From a virus, in the IMG/VR virus record IMGVR_UViG_3300020421_002402, positions 32,001 through 96,000 of that record: a stretch of DNA of 64,000 bases, one strand, 5' to 3'. The notes under the pieces were generated by a model that worked only from the letters and a program-made list of their open reading frames with translations, did not search any database and had not been told where the DNA came from. How positions within the stretch are numbered: the first letter of the stretch is position 1; each line of letters begins with the position of its first letter. Shown here one piece after another: positions 18,862 to 26,931 of the stretch. The translations under genes were made by a program, and so were the position numbers.

Positions 18862-19618
18862 AGAAGCATTAAATGTATTAAATACAAAGTATGCTAACAC
18901 ATTAGAAATGTTAGATGATGCTTTGGATCAAATAGAAGATTTAGAAAACGAACTGGCTAAAAAGCCTAAGGAAGTGCAAGTTGAGGTCGAAAAGGTTGTC
19001 ACAGTTGAGAAGGAGATCCTTGTCCCAGAGGAGAAGTTGGTCACTATCGAAAAGGAGGTCCCAGGACCAGAACGAGTTGTCGAAGTGCCAGGACCAGAAC
19101 GAGTCGTCGAAGTCCCCGTCGAAGTAATTAAGGAAGTAGAAGTTATAAAAGAGGTAGAAGTGCCTGTTGAAGTTCCTGTTGAAAAGATAGTGGAAAAGAT
19201 AGTTGAAAAAGAAATTAAAATAGAAGTACCTGTAGAAAAAGTTGTAGAAAAACTTATACAAGGTCCTGAAAGAGTTGTTGTAAGAACTGACAATAGAGAA
19301 ATAGACAGACTTACAGCCTTAGTAGCAGAGTTAGAAAATAGATTAGAACAGAGACCTATCAAAGAAAAAATTGTTGAAGGTCCTAGACGTGCAGTCAGAG
19401 TAGAACTACCAAACACCGGTGACCTCAGGACTGCGGCAACACTTATAGCAAATAGTGAAATGAATATAAATGATTTATCCACAGATGAAATACTCAGTAT
19501 GTTGCAAGAATTAAGTGAAGAAGATGTAAATAAACAGTTGGGAGGTTTTTGGGCAGTCCCATTACCAAACGATACAGATGACGACACAACAGACACAAAC
19601 TATGTTACGAGGAAATAA
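18836..19618 (+). CDS. V/E/K/P repeat protein (articulin/IMCp-like repeats)
   Basis: VEVPVEKIVEK and VPGPERVVE repeats. Confidence 0.75.
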   Translation: MAKKKITVKEALNVLNTKYANTLEMLDDALDQIEDLENELAKKPKEVQVEVEKVVTVEKEILVPEEKLVTIEKEVPGPERVVEVPGPERVVEVPVEVIKEVEVIKEVEVPVEVPVEKIVEKIVEKEIKIEVPVEKVVEKLIQGPERVVVRTDNREIDRLTALVAELENRLEQRPIKEKIVEGPRRAVRVELPNTGDLRTAATLIANSEMNINDLSTDEILSMLQELSEEDVNKQLGGFWAVPLPNDTDDDTTDTNYVTRK

Positions 19619-20886
19619 TGCCCGGTGATAAAGAACACGAACAAAATCTAAGTTGTAGTTTTTGTGGAAAAAAGCGAACTGAAGTAAAAAAGTTAATCGC
19701 TGGACCTAATTCATACATTTGTAATGAATGTATCAATATTAGTCACAAAATTATTAATGAAGAAGATTCATTAGAAGATTTAACCTTCGAAGATATACCA
19801 ACACCAGAAGAAATCAAAGCACACCTTGATGACTATGTTATTAGTCAAGAATATGCAAAAGAAATTTTGTCAGTCTGTGCATACAATCATTACAAAACAA
19901 TTTACAACGACAGTGATACTCATATAGAAAAAAGTAACATTGTTATATTAGGTAATACAGGAACAGGTAAAACACTTTTAGCAAAAACATTAGCAGAAAA
20001 ATTAAGTGTACCTTTTGCAATAGCAGATGCAACAACATTAACTGAAGCAGGATATGTTGGCGAAGATGTTGAAAGCATGTTAGAGAGATTACTTAATATG
20101 TGTGATTGGAATTTAGAATTAGCACAAAAAGGTATAGTGTTTATAGATGAGATAGATAAAAAGGCTCGTAAGGGCGAGTCTAACACCGGCACAAAGGATA
20201 TAAGTGGGCAAGGTGTACAACAAGCACTTTTAAGACTAATAGAAGGTACAGTAGTTAAAGTATCTTCAAATGGTTCAAAACGTATGGATCAATACGTTGA
20301 ATTTGATACTACTAATGTACTTTTTATATGTAGTGGTGCATTTGTGGGATTAGAAAAACAAGTAAACACAAAAGCAAACAAAAAGAATATTGGATTCAAC
20401 AAACAATTAAAAACACCAGCAAAGAAAAATACATGGCAACACAAAGTAGAGCATGACGATTTAATCACGTATGGTCTTATCCCTGAACTGGTTGGTAGAT
20501 TACCAAACATAGTTCCTTTAGAACCTTTAACACAATCTGATATGAAAACAATTTTGAAATCATCAAAAGCAAGTGTATTACCACAAGTTAAAAAACTTAT
20601 GGAGTTCGATGATATACAACTAGAATTTAATGATGAGTATATAGATGACATTGCCAAAATGGCTAGTAAAACAAAAACTGGTGCTAGGGGATTGAAATCT
20701 ATAGTAGAAAACAGTTTACATAATATAATGTTTAGGGCACCTAAACTAAAAGAAAATGGAGTTAAAACCGTACGTTTCAACAAATACCCTACAAAAGATG
20801 TTGACACTTACCCTGTTTTCATATATACTAACGGTAATGAAAAATCAGATAATGATTATAAAATAAAAATTAGAGGTAAAAGTTGA
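19618..20886 (+). CDS. clpX: Clp protease ATPase subunit ClpX
   Basis: CSFC..CNEC zinc domain, GNTGTGKT, IDEIDK, GVQQALL, IGF loop, GARGL. Confidence 0.95.
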   Translation: MPGDKEHEQNLSCSFCGKKRTEVKKLIAGPNSYICNECINISHKIINEEDSLEDLTFEDIPTPEEIKAHLDDYVISQEYAKEILSVCAYNHYKTIYNDSDTHIEKSNIVILGNTGTGKTLLAKTLAEKLSVPFAIADATTLTEAGYVGEDVESMLERLLNMCDWNLELAQKGIVFIDEIDKKARKGESNTGTKDISGQGVQQALLRLIEGTVVKVSSNGSKRMDQYVEFDTTNVLFICSGAFVGLEKQVNTKANKKNIGFNKQLKTPAKKNTWQHKVEHDDLITYGLIPELVGRLPNIVPLEPLTQSDMKTILKSSKASVLPQVKKLMEFDDIQLEFNDEYIDDIAKMASKTKTGARGLKSIVENSLHNIMFRAPKLKENGVKTVRFNKYPTKDVDTYPVFIYTNGNEKSDNDYKIKIRGKS

Positions 20887-21311
20887 ACAACAAATCACAA
20901 GGCAGACAACAAAGTCGAAAAATGACTCAGGGTTGGAATTCTCAAAAGAGAAAAGAGCAACCTAAAAAACCACAACACTATTTAGATAAATTTAGTGGGA
21001 CCGTAGAAGTACGAAACAACGACGTAAATAAGGCATTGAGAGTTTTGAAAAAGAGATTGGAAAAAGCAGAATTTCAGAAAGAATTGGCGAAGCAACAATA
21101 TTACGAAAAGCCTAGTGCAAAAAGAAATCGTAAAAAGAAGCAAGCCAAGAAGAGATGGGACAAGTATGTTAGAGAAGCCGAAGCAAGAGGTGATTTTAAA
21201 CAATACATGCCCACTGGTTCAAAATGGATGAAGTCCAAACGTAAAACAAGGCGAGTAAGAGAATACAACGAAAGGATAGCCGCCATGCAGAGAAGTCGTG
21301 GTAACTTCTAA
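20883..21311 (+). CDS. rpsU: ribosomal protein bS21 with basic extensions
   Basis: VEVRNNDVNKALRVLKK..YYEKPSAKRNRKK; TTG start uncertain. Confidence 0.85.
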   Translation: MNNKSQGRQQSRKMTQGWNSQKRKEQPKKPQHYLDKFSGTVEVRNNDVNKALRVLKKRLEKAEFQKELAKQQYYEKPSAKRNRKKKQAKKRWDKYVREAEARGDFKQYMPTGSKWMKSKRKTRRVREYNERIAAMQRSRGNF

Positions 21312-22081
21312 TGAGAGTGGTAGTCGTCAGTGGTGGTTTTGATCCACTGCATTCTGGACATATAGACTACTTAGAAGGAGCAAAACAATTAGGTGATAAA
21401 CTAGTTGTAGCACTTAACAGTGATGAATGGCTCACAAGAAAAAAAGGCAGGCCCTTTATGCCTTTCGAAGAGAGGGCAAGAATTCTAGAAACAATGGACA
21501 TGGTAGATAATGTTTGGGGTTTCGATGATAAAGACGGCTCAGCAGTTGTGGCTCTGGAAAATGCCAAGAAGGCATATGAACACGCAGAAATTATCTTTTG
21601 CAACGGAGGTGATAGAACAAAAGATAACATTCCAGAAATGATTGTTGAAGGCGTTGAATTTGTGTTTGGTGTTGGAGGTTCCAACAAATCAAACAGTAGC
21701 AGTTGGATACTAAAGGAATGGCAATATCCAACTACTAGAAGAGTTTGGGGCGAATTTAGTGATTTGTTCCAAGATGAAGTAGTTAAAGTAAAGGAGTTGA
21801 TAATTGAACCAGGGAAAGGTATAAGTTATCAACGGCACTTTAAAAGAAGTGAAATTTGGTTTGTCAGTAAAGGAGAATGCGAAGTAAAGTATAGTGCTAG
21901 TAATCCAGACAACTTTACAAATATAATTCTTAAACAAGATGATAACTTTCATGTAAAAGCAAATGAATGGCATCAAATTGTTAATAGAACTGATAAGCCA
22001 TGTCACATAATTGAAATACAATATGGCGATGAGACCAGTGAAGATGACATAGAACGTCTTCAATATTACAACGGAGAATAA
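21311..22081 (+). CDS. cytidylyltransferase fused to PMI type II-like cupin
   Basis: SGGFDPLHSGH, NGGDR, NSSS; RVWG..SYQRHFKRSEIW..IIEIQYG. Confidence 0.85.
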   Translation: MRVVVVSGGFDPLHSGHIDYLEGAKQLGDKLVVALNSDEWLTRKKGRPFMPFEERARILETMDMVDNVWGFDDKDGSAVVALENAKKAYEHAEIIFCNGGDRTKDNIPEMIVEGVEFVFGVGGSNKSNSSSWILKEWQYPTTRRVWGEFSDLFQDEVVKVKELIIEPGKGISYQRHFKRSEIWFVSKGECEVKYSASNPDNFTNIILKQDDNFHVKANEWHQIVNRTDKPCHIIEIQYGDETSEDDIERLQYYNGE

Positions 22082-22521
22082 TGGAATTGAAAGAATTAAA
22101 CCAGGGCAGAGCATGTGAGATACTTAATTCTATAGTAGAATATGAAATGGCTGGAGTTGTTAGATACGCACACAGTTCGTTAATGATTACAGGACCTTAT
22201 AGGATTCCTATTGTTACATTTTTACAAGAACAAGCAAACGAAAGTCTAGCACATGCCTTACAAGCCGGAGAACTAATTACGGGCTTAGACGGGCATCCTA
22301 GTCAAGTTATAGCACCAATTGAAGAATCACATGACCATAGTATTGTTCAAATACTTCAAGAAAGTTTAGAACATGAAACTCATGCAGTAAATTTATATAA
22401 AGAATTACTTTCTGAAGTAGAAGGTGCAAGTATATATTTAGAAGAATATGCTAGAGGGCAAATTGGACAAGAAGAACAACACGCATTAGAAATCAAAAAG
22501 ATGTTAAAGGACTTTGCATGA
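22081..22521 (+). CDS. ferritin-like (bacterioferritin-like) protein
   Basis: E..GVVRY, ESLAHA, EEQH diiron pattern. Confidence 0.8.
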   Translation: MELKELNQGRACEILNSIVEYEMAGVVRYAHSSLMITGPYRIPIVTFLQEQANESLAHALQAGELITGLDGHPSQVIAPIEESHDHSIVQILQESLEHETHAVNLYKELLSEVEGASIYLEEYARGQIGQEEQHALEIKKMLKDFA

Positions 22522-22964
22522 GACTCAGTTATAAAGATTGTGGCAAAATAGGATTTACATGTAGTACATTCGATTTGCTACATGCAGGACACATCACAAT
22601 GCTTGAAGAAGCAAAAAGACATTGTGATTTTTTGATAGTAGGATTGCAAACAGATCCTACAATAGACAGACCAGAAAATAAAAATCCGCCAGTACAAAGT
22701 TTAATAGAAAGACAAATACAGTTGGCGGCTGTAAAATATGTAGATGAAATAGTATGTTATGCAACAGAACAAGATTTAGAGGATTTACTTTTAACACTTC
22801 CTATAAATGTGAGAGTGTTAGGAGTTGAATACAAAGATAAACAATTCACTGGTAAGCAAATTTGCAAAGACAGGAATATTAAATTAGTATTCAATGGCAG
22901 AGACCATAGTTTTAGCAGTACCAGTCTCAGACAGAGAGTTGCAGAGCATGAAAAATCTACTTAG
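22518..22964 (+). CDS. glycerol-3-phosphate cytidylyltransferase-like
   Basis: STFDLLHAGH, IVGLQTD, YVDE, RDHSFSST. Confidence 0.85.
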   Translation: MRLSYKDCGKIGFTCSTFDLLHAGHITMLEEAKRHCDFLIVGLQTDPTIDRPENKNPPVQSLIERQIQLAAVKYVDEIVCYATEQDLEDLLLTLPINVRVLGVEYKDKQFTGKQICKDRNIKLVFNGRDHSFSSTSLRQRVAEHEKST

Positions 22965-23373
22965 ATTATTAGAAAGGTTTGATAGAAAACGAATTATATT
23001 GGACCGAATACACCAAGAACCATATCTAACTAGGTATTATCTATTCCTAAAAGATAGAAAATGGTTTCCTTTTAACTTTTTCCTACATAATTTTCATAAA
23101 GGTGATCCAGATGACCTACATGACCACCCTTGGAGTTATTTCACAATCATACTAAAAGGTGGATATTGGGAACATACACCCAAAGGAAAATTTTGGCGTA
23201 AAGCAGGAAGTATGAGATTTGCTGGTAGTAAGTCATTACACCGTATAGAATTAGAGCCTAATGTTGATGTTTGGACATTATTCTTTGTAGGACCACGTGT
23301 TAGAGAATGGGGTTTTATCAAGAAAAACAAGTGGATACATAATGAGACGTATTTATTGTCAAAAAAAGGTTGA
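22948..23373 (+). CDS. cupin-fold protein
   Basis: LHDHPW..ILKGGYWE..LHRIE; start moved to ATG 22948. Confidence 0.75.
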   Translation: MKNLLRLLERFDRKRIILDRIHQEPYLTRYYLFLKDRKWFPFNFFLHNFHKGDPDDLHDHPWSYFTIILKGGYWEHTPKGKFWRKAGSMRFAGSKSLHRIELEPNVDVWTLFFVGPRVREWGFIKKNKWIHNETYLLSKKG

Positions 23374-23426
23374 CATTGATACTAAAAGAAGTATAATAGT
23401 GTATAAGTTAAGGAATTGTCCTTAAC
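23370..23426 (+). promoter_or_regulatory. sigma70 promoter plus inverted repeat at transcript start
   Basis: TTGACA-16-TATAAT; GTTAAGGA-ATTG-TCCTTAAC 23407-23426. Confidence 0.7.
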
Positions 23427-23454
23427 ACAATCGACAATGTATATAGGAGGTCAT

Positions 23455-23715
23455 ATGACTACTACATTCGTAAGCAAAGAGCAGAAAGTACTTTCAGCTC
23501 TACAAGAAGGCAGAACATTAAGTTCAGCTCAAATGAAAGCACATTTTGGTGCTGGTAACCCACAAGCAGTGATTCAATCACTTCGTTTCAAAGGTTATTC
23601 AATTTATCTTAACACAGTAACTGATACTAAAGGTAGAAGCAGAAACGTTTATCGTTTAGGTACTCCTTCAAGAGCAGTTATTGCCGCAGGATACAAAGCA
23701 CTTGCCACTTCTTAA
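23455..23715 (+). CDS. winged-HTH DNA-binding protein
   Basis: AGGAGG RBS; VLSALQEG..LRFKGY.IY..YRLG. Confidence 0.7.
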   Translation: MTTTFVSKEQKVLSALQEGRTLSSAQMKAHFGAGNPQAVIQSLRFKGYSIYLNTVTDTKGRSRNVYRLGTPSRAVIAAGYKALATS

Positions 23716-23742
23716 GTAGCAAATAACCGACCACGGTTAAGT

Positions 23743-23771
23743 AAAAGCACACCTTCGGGTGTGCTTTTTTT
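23743..23771. terminator. bidirectional intrinsic terminator, UUCG loop
   Basis: AAA-AGCACACC-TTCG-GGTGTGCT-TTTTTT. Confidence 0.85.
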
Positions 23772-23772
23772 A

Positions 23773-24077
23773 TGATTGATTGAAAACACATATGGAAGAA
23801 AGAACACAAACAAATAATCATTAATATTGTGTTCGGCGTTTATTGTTGTTTTGTTGGATTAGACGTTGAAATAATGCATTCAAGTAGACGTAGAAGCAAC
23901 ACAGGCAATCTAATAGAAGAGAGTGTTGTTGATGAGTAACACTTTTTTCTAATGGTATTCCTATTACCTAAACAAAATTCAAACACATTTATTAGATAAG
24001 TATAATTCTCCAATCGAAAAAGACACACTTTTTGATTCCATATAACTAGAATATTGTTAATAATCTGTGGATATCTT
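23773..24077 (-). ncRNA. candidate ~300-nt structured RNA
   Basis: No credible ORF; minus-strand ATAAATA at 24083-24089; end-to-end pairing 23790-23797/24036-24043 and several hairpins. Confidence 0.4.
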
Positions 24078-24100
24078 GTTGATATTTATTGGATAAAAGG

Positions 24101-24129
24101 TTGACATATATTCCTACTTTGTGTATAAT
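24101..24129 (+). promoter_or_regulatory. sigma70 promoter
   Basis: TTGACA-17-TATAAT. Confidence 0.75.
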
Positions 24130-24205
24130 AATAGATTACTGTGACAAAACAGGCAGTTTTTCTGTCTGTGTTTATCAGTAATATAATAATAAGAAGGAGG
24201 ATTAA

Positions 24206-24850
24206 ATGAAAAATTTAATCAGTATTGAGAATGGATATAAGGCTTTAGTAGTTTTACTATTGTCTATTATGGCATTCGGAGCCCAAGCGGCTTCAGTGAG
24301 TGGAAATGTTGGTTACGGAAGTGATTACATTTTCAGAGGTCAATCTCAAACACAAGGCGATAGTGCATTGTCAATGGGTCTACATGTAGACGCAGGAGCA
24401 GGCGTATATGCTGGAGTTTGGGCATCGGAAGTTTCATATGCTGGCAGTAATGCTGACAGAGAAACTGACATGTATGTAGGTTGGGCAGGAGCAATCGGAA
24501 AAGACTTTGGTCTTAACGTGGCTTATATCGACTATGCATACAGTGGTGATGCTTCTTTAGACGGTTCAGAGATTTTTATCGAAGGATCATATAAAGATTT
24601 GACTATATCTCACAACATCGGAAACGATGACTTCAACGACTACACAGAAGTCTCATATAACATAATGAACGCAGTTGATGTGTCTTATGGTTCATGGGAT
24701 AATGTAGGCGACAACTGGTCAGTAAGTAGAAGTTTTGAATTACCTATGGGTATTGAAGGAACAGTTGCTTATGTAGACTTTGCCGCTGAAGACGGCTCAG
24801 GACTTGCAGACGAAGATACTTTTGTATTTTCAGTTAGCAAATCATTCTAA
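24206..24850 (+). CDS. TorF-family (TIGR02001-like) putative outer-membrane porin
   Basis: Signal peptide ..AQA, SDYIFRGQSQT, alternating beta strands, terminal Phe. Confidence 0.8.
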   Translation: MKNLISIENGYKALVVLLLSIMAFGAQAASVSGNVGYGSDYIFRGQSQTQGDSALSMGLHVDAGAGVYAGVWASEVSYAGSNADRETDMYVGWAGAIGKDFGLNVAYIDYAYSGDASLDGSEIFIEGSYKDLTISHNIGNDDFNDYTEVSYNIMNAVDVSYGSWDNVGDNWSVSRSFELPMGIEGTVAYVDFAAEDGSGLADEDTFVFSVSKSF

Positions 24851-24894
24851 GTAATTAGAAGTCCTTTACGTTATTAATAACTTTGGATAGGGTT

Positions 24895-25146
24895 TTATTT
24901 TATATAGGACCCTATTCTTTTATAAAAGTTCATAACAAATAAATTTAATTTTGGTTTTTCCCACATTCTTTCATGCCAATAGTATAGAACCATTTTAGTT
25001 AATACTTCTATACTCGCAATACTGGCACCAATAGCCGCACTACCTGTTAATAAGAAACTGATTAAAAAAGTATCAGCAGATGCTAATACACGCCATGTAC
25101 AGGCTTTTAATGTCGAGATAATTCTATGTCGCTTTCTCGTATTCAT
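24895..25146 (-). CDS. DUF2061 membrane protein
   Basis: KACTWRVLASADT..K.VLYYWHERMW. Confidence 0.8.
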   Translation of the reverse strand: MNTRKRHRIISTLKACTWRVLASADTFLISFLLTGSAAIGASIASIEVLTKMVLYYWHERMWEKPKLNLFVMNFYKRIGSYIK

Positions 25147-25208
25147 GTTACACTCCCTTCAAGTATTCACAGGGAGGGCGAATACAAGATGTTTTTCGAT
25201 ATATGGAT

Positions 25209-25445
25209 TTATAGTACTCTAGTGTTGTCTTTGGATTCTATAAACTGTTGTAGTATGTCCGCTTTTTCGTTTTTTATAACATCTATTATTGTGTTGGTTA
25301 GATTTATTTCCTTTCTAACCATTTGCATCTTGAACATGAGTTCCTGCATTACTTTTTGATAGTATAACAGTTCTTCTTCTTTCGCTTCTTTATCCTTTAT
25401 TAAATCGGATATTAGAATTATTCTAGCAAATTTGTCCTGTTGCAT
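25209..25445 (-). CDS. coiled-coil hypothetical protein
   Basis: ORF; ATAAGTA 5 nt upstream of ATG. Confidence 0.65.
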   Translation of the reverse strand: MQQDKFARIILISDLIKDKEAKEEELLYYQKVMQELMFKMQMVRKEINLTNTIIDVIKNEKADILQQFIESKDNTRVL

Positions 25446-25571
25446 ACAATTACTTATACCTACTAAAAGGCCCAGTTATAATAGTGTTTTATAAAAAAAT
25501 AAAAAAAAGATTGCAAAAAAGGTTGATTTTTGCCAAAAAAGTACTATATAATGTATATAGATTATAAATAT

Positions 25572-25900
25572 CTTTGCATTTTAAGAAATAAAGGAAGTGC
25601 AAGGGCGATAGAATCGTAAGAGACTAAAGTCTACTGTACAACTGCTATAACTAAAAATGCCGTGTATAATCAACTAAGGAAAAATACACAAGGTTTAAGG
25701 ATCGTAAGTGAAATAGACCGAATGGCATTAGTACTAAGAAGGCTATACATGATTGGGTCCACCAACAAAGGACCGGAGATGGTAACATCAAAGGAAACCA
25801 AGAAGATGGACAAGTGTCGTGAGGAGATACAGACACATACTAACAGAAACGACCTCACAATGCGACCTTTTAATTCGCCAAATGGGTTTTGAAAGGATGA
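25572..25900 (+). ncRNA. candidate large structured RNA / hsp20 leader
   Basis: After TATAAATA 25563-25570; about 10 hand-found helices incl. GNRA loop and possible pseudoknot. Confidence 0.55.
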
Positions 25901-25905
25901 GAAAG

Positions 25906-25931
25906 AATAACTTGCTATATAGGAGATTATT
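25906..25931 (+). promoter_or_regulatory. ROSE-like RNA thermometer hairpin
   Basis: AATAA-CTTGCT-ATAT-AGGAG-A-TTATT: UUGCU pairs with SD leaving a bulged G, directly before sHSP ATG. Confidence 0.65.
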
Positions 25932-26372
25932 ATGAATAAGCAAATCCGATTCACTACCGAATCACTTTCCCCACTATATAAAATGTCCGTAGGCTTTGAC
26001 AGACTTGCAGAGCAGTTTTTTAACGATCCTACGTTCACTAATAACGCAACAGGGTATCCACCCTTTAACATCAGCAAAGGCAAAGATGACATTTATGAAA
26101 TTACTTTAGCCGTTGCAGGTTTTAAGAAAGATGACATCGAAATTGAAATTGAAGATGGTACTTTGAAAATATCAGGTACATCTGCAGTATTAGATTCAGA
26201 TGAAATCGAATATCTTCACAAAGGTATTGCTGAAAGAAACTTTACTAGAACATTCAAACTAGCAGAGTTTGTAGAAGTAAAATCAGCAAAACTAGAAGAT
26301 GGTATTTTAAGAGTTTCATTATACAGGAACGTACCTGAAGCAATGAAACCACAAAAGATTAAAATATCATAA
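25932..26372 (+). CDS. small heat shock protein Hsp20 (IbpA-like)
   Basis: VGFDRL, YPPFNI, LAVAGF, YLHKGIAERNF.R.F.L, LEDGIL. Confidence 0.95.
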   Translation: MNKQIRFTTESLSPLYKMSVGFDRLAEQFFNDPTFTNNATGYPPFNISKGKDDIYEITLAVAGFKKDDIEIEIEDGTLKISGTSAVLDSDEIEYLHKGIAERNFTRTFKLAEFVEVKSAKLEDGILRVSLYRNVPEAMKPQKIKIS

Positions 26373-26390
26373 TCCTTGCGGTAAATATGT

Positions 26391-26417
26391 GGGTAGCAGT
26401 ATTTTCTGCTACCCTTT
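26391..26417 (+). terminator. hairpin (terminator or 5' leader of rpmG)
   Basis: GGGTAGCAG/CTGCTACCC then TTT; GTAAATA just upstream. Confidence 0.55.
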
Positions 26418-26423
26418 ATTATT

Positions 26424-26627
26424 ATGGCAAAGAAAGACAAAAGAAAAACATTATTGTATTTGATTCCAGAAGGTGAGACTAGAGATAGTCACACATATCA
26501 TTATACATTTGTCAAAACAAAAAACTTGACAATTGATAATAAGAAGTTAAAATTAAAGAAGTATAATCCAGTCAAAAGAAAACACGAATGGTTTATAGAG
26601 GCTAAGTTACCACCACATAGTAAATAA
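26424..26627 (+). CDS. rpmG: ribosomal protein bL33 (Cys-less type)
   Basis: MAKK..YHYT..K..KKLKLKKYNPVKRKH.WF.EAK. Confidence 0.75.
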   Translation: MAKKDKRKTLLYLIPEGETRDSHTYHYTFVKTKNLTIDNKKLKLKKYNPVKRKHEWFIEAKLPPHSK

Positions 26628-26628
26628 T

Positions 26629-26931
26629 ATGACAGAACAAGTTGAACAAAAGACTAGAACTAATGTAGGATTAAAATACCCACCAAGGTATGATGTTATT
26701 ATTTTTAATGACGATTTTACTCCAGTAGAGTTTGTAATAAAACTACTAGTGGAAATATTTAATAAAAATTTAAAGTCTGCAAAAGACTTAACATTAGAAG
26801 TTCATGAGTCGGGCTCAGCAGTTGCTGGAACATATTCACATGAAATTGCAGAACAAAAATGTGGAGAAGCAATCACTGTTTCCAGAGGACAAGGACATCC
26901 TTTGCAACTTAAAGTCAACAAGGTTGAGTAA
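26629..26931 (+). CDS. clpS: Clp adaptor ClpS
   Basis: [32 protein letters not shown]. Confidence 0.92.
   Translation: MTEQVEQKTRTNVGLKYPPRYDVIIFNDDFTPVEFVIKLLVEIFNKNLKSAKDLTLEVHESGSAVAGTYSHEIAEQKCGEAITVSRGQGHPLQLKVNKVE

Noticed and set aside
18928-19596. Long antisense ORFs (also 5166..5702, 8034..8498, 20289..20807, 53930..54250)
   Set aside because: Shadow frames of real genes caused by codon bias and repeats
25651-25892. ORFs 25662..25892(+) and 25651..25836(-)
   Set aside because: No RBS or recognisable protein features; region is better explained by RNA structure
25600-25900. tmRNA (standard or permuted) or RNase P RNA
   Set aside because: GGTCC-ACCA..GGACC mimics an acceptor end but lacks G3-U70, a T-arm and a tag frame ending in Ala-Ala; no GAGGAAAGUCC P4 motif
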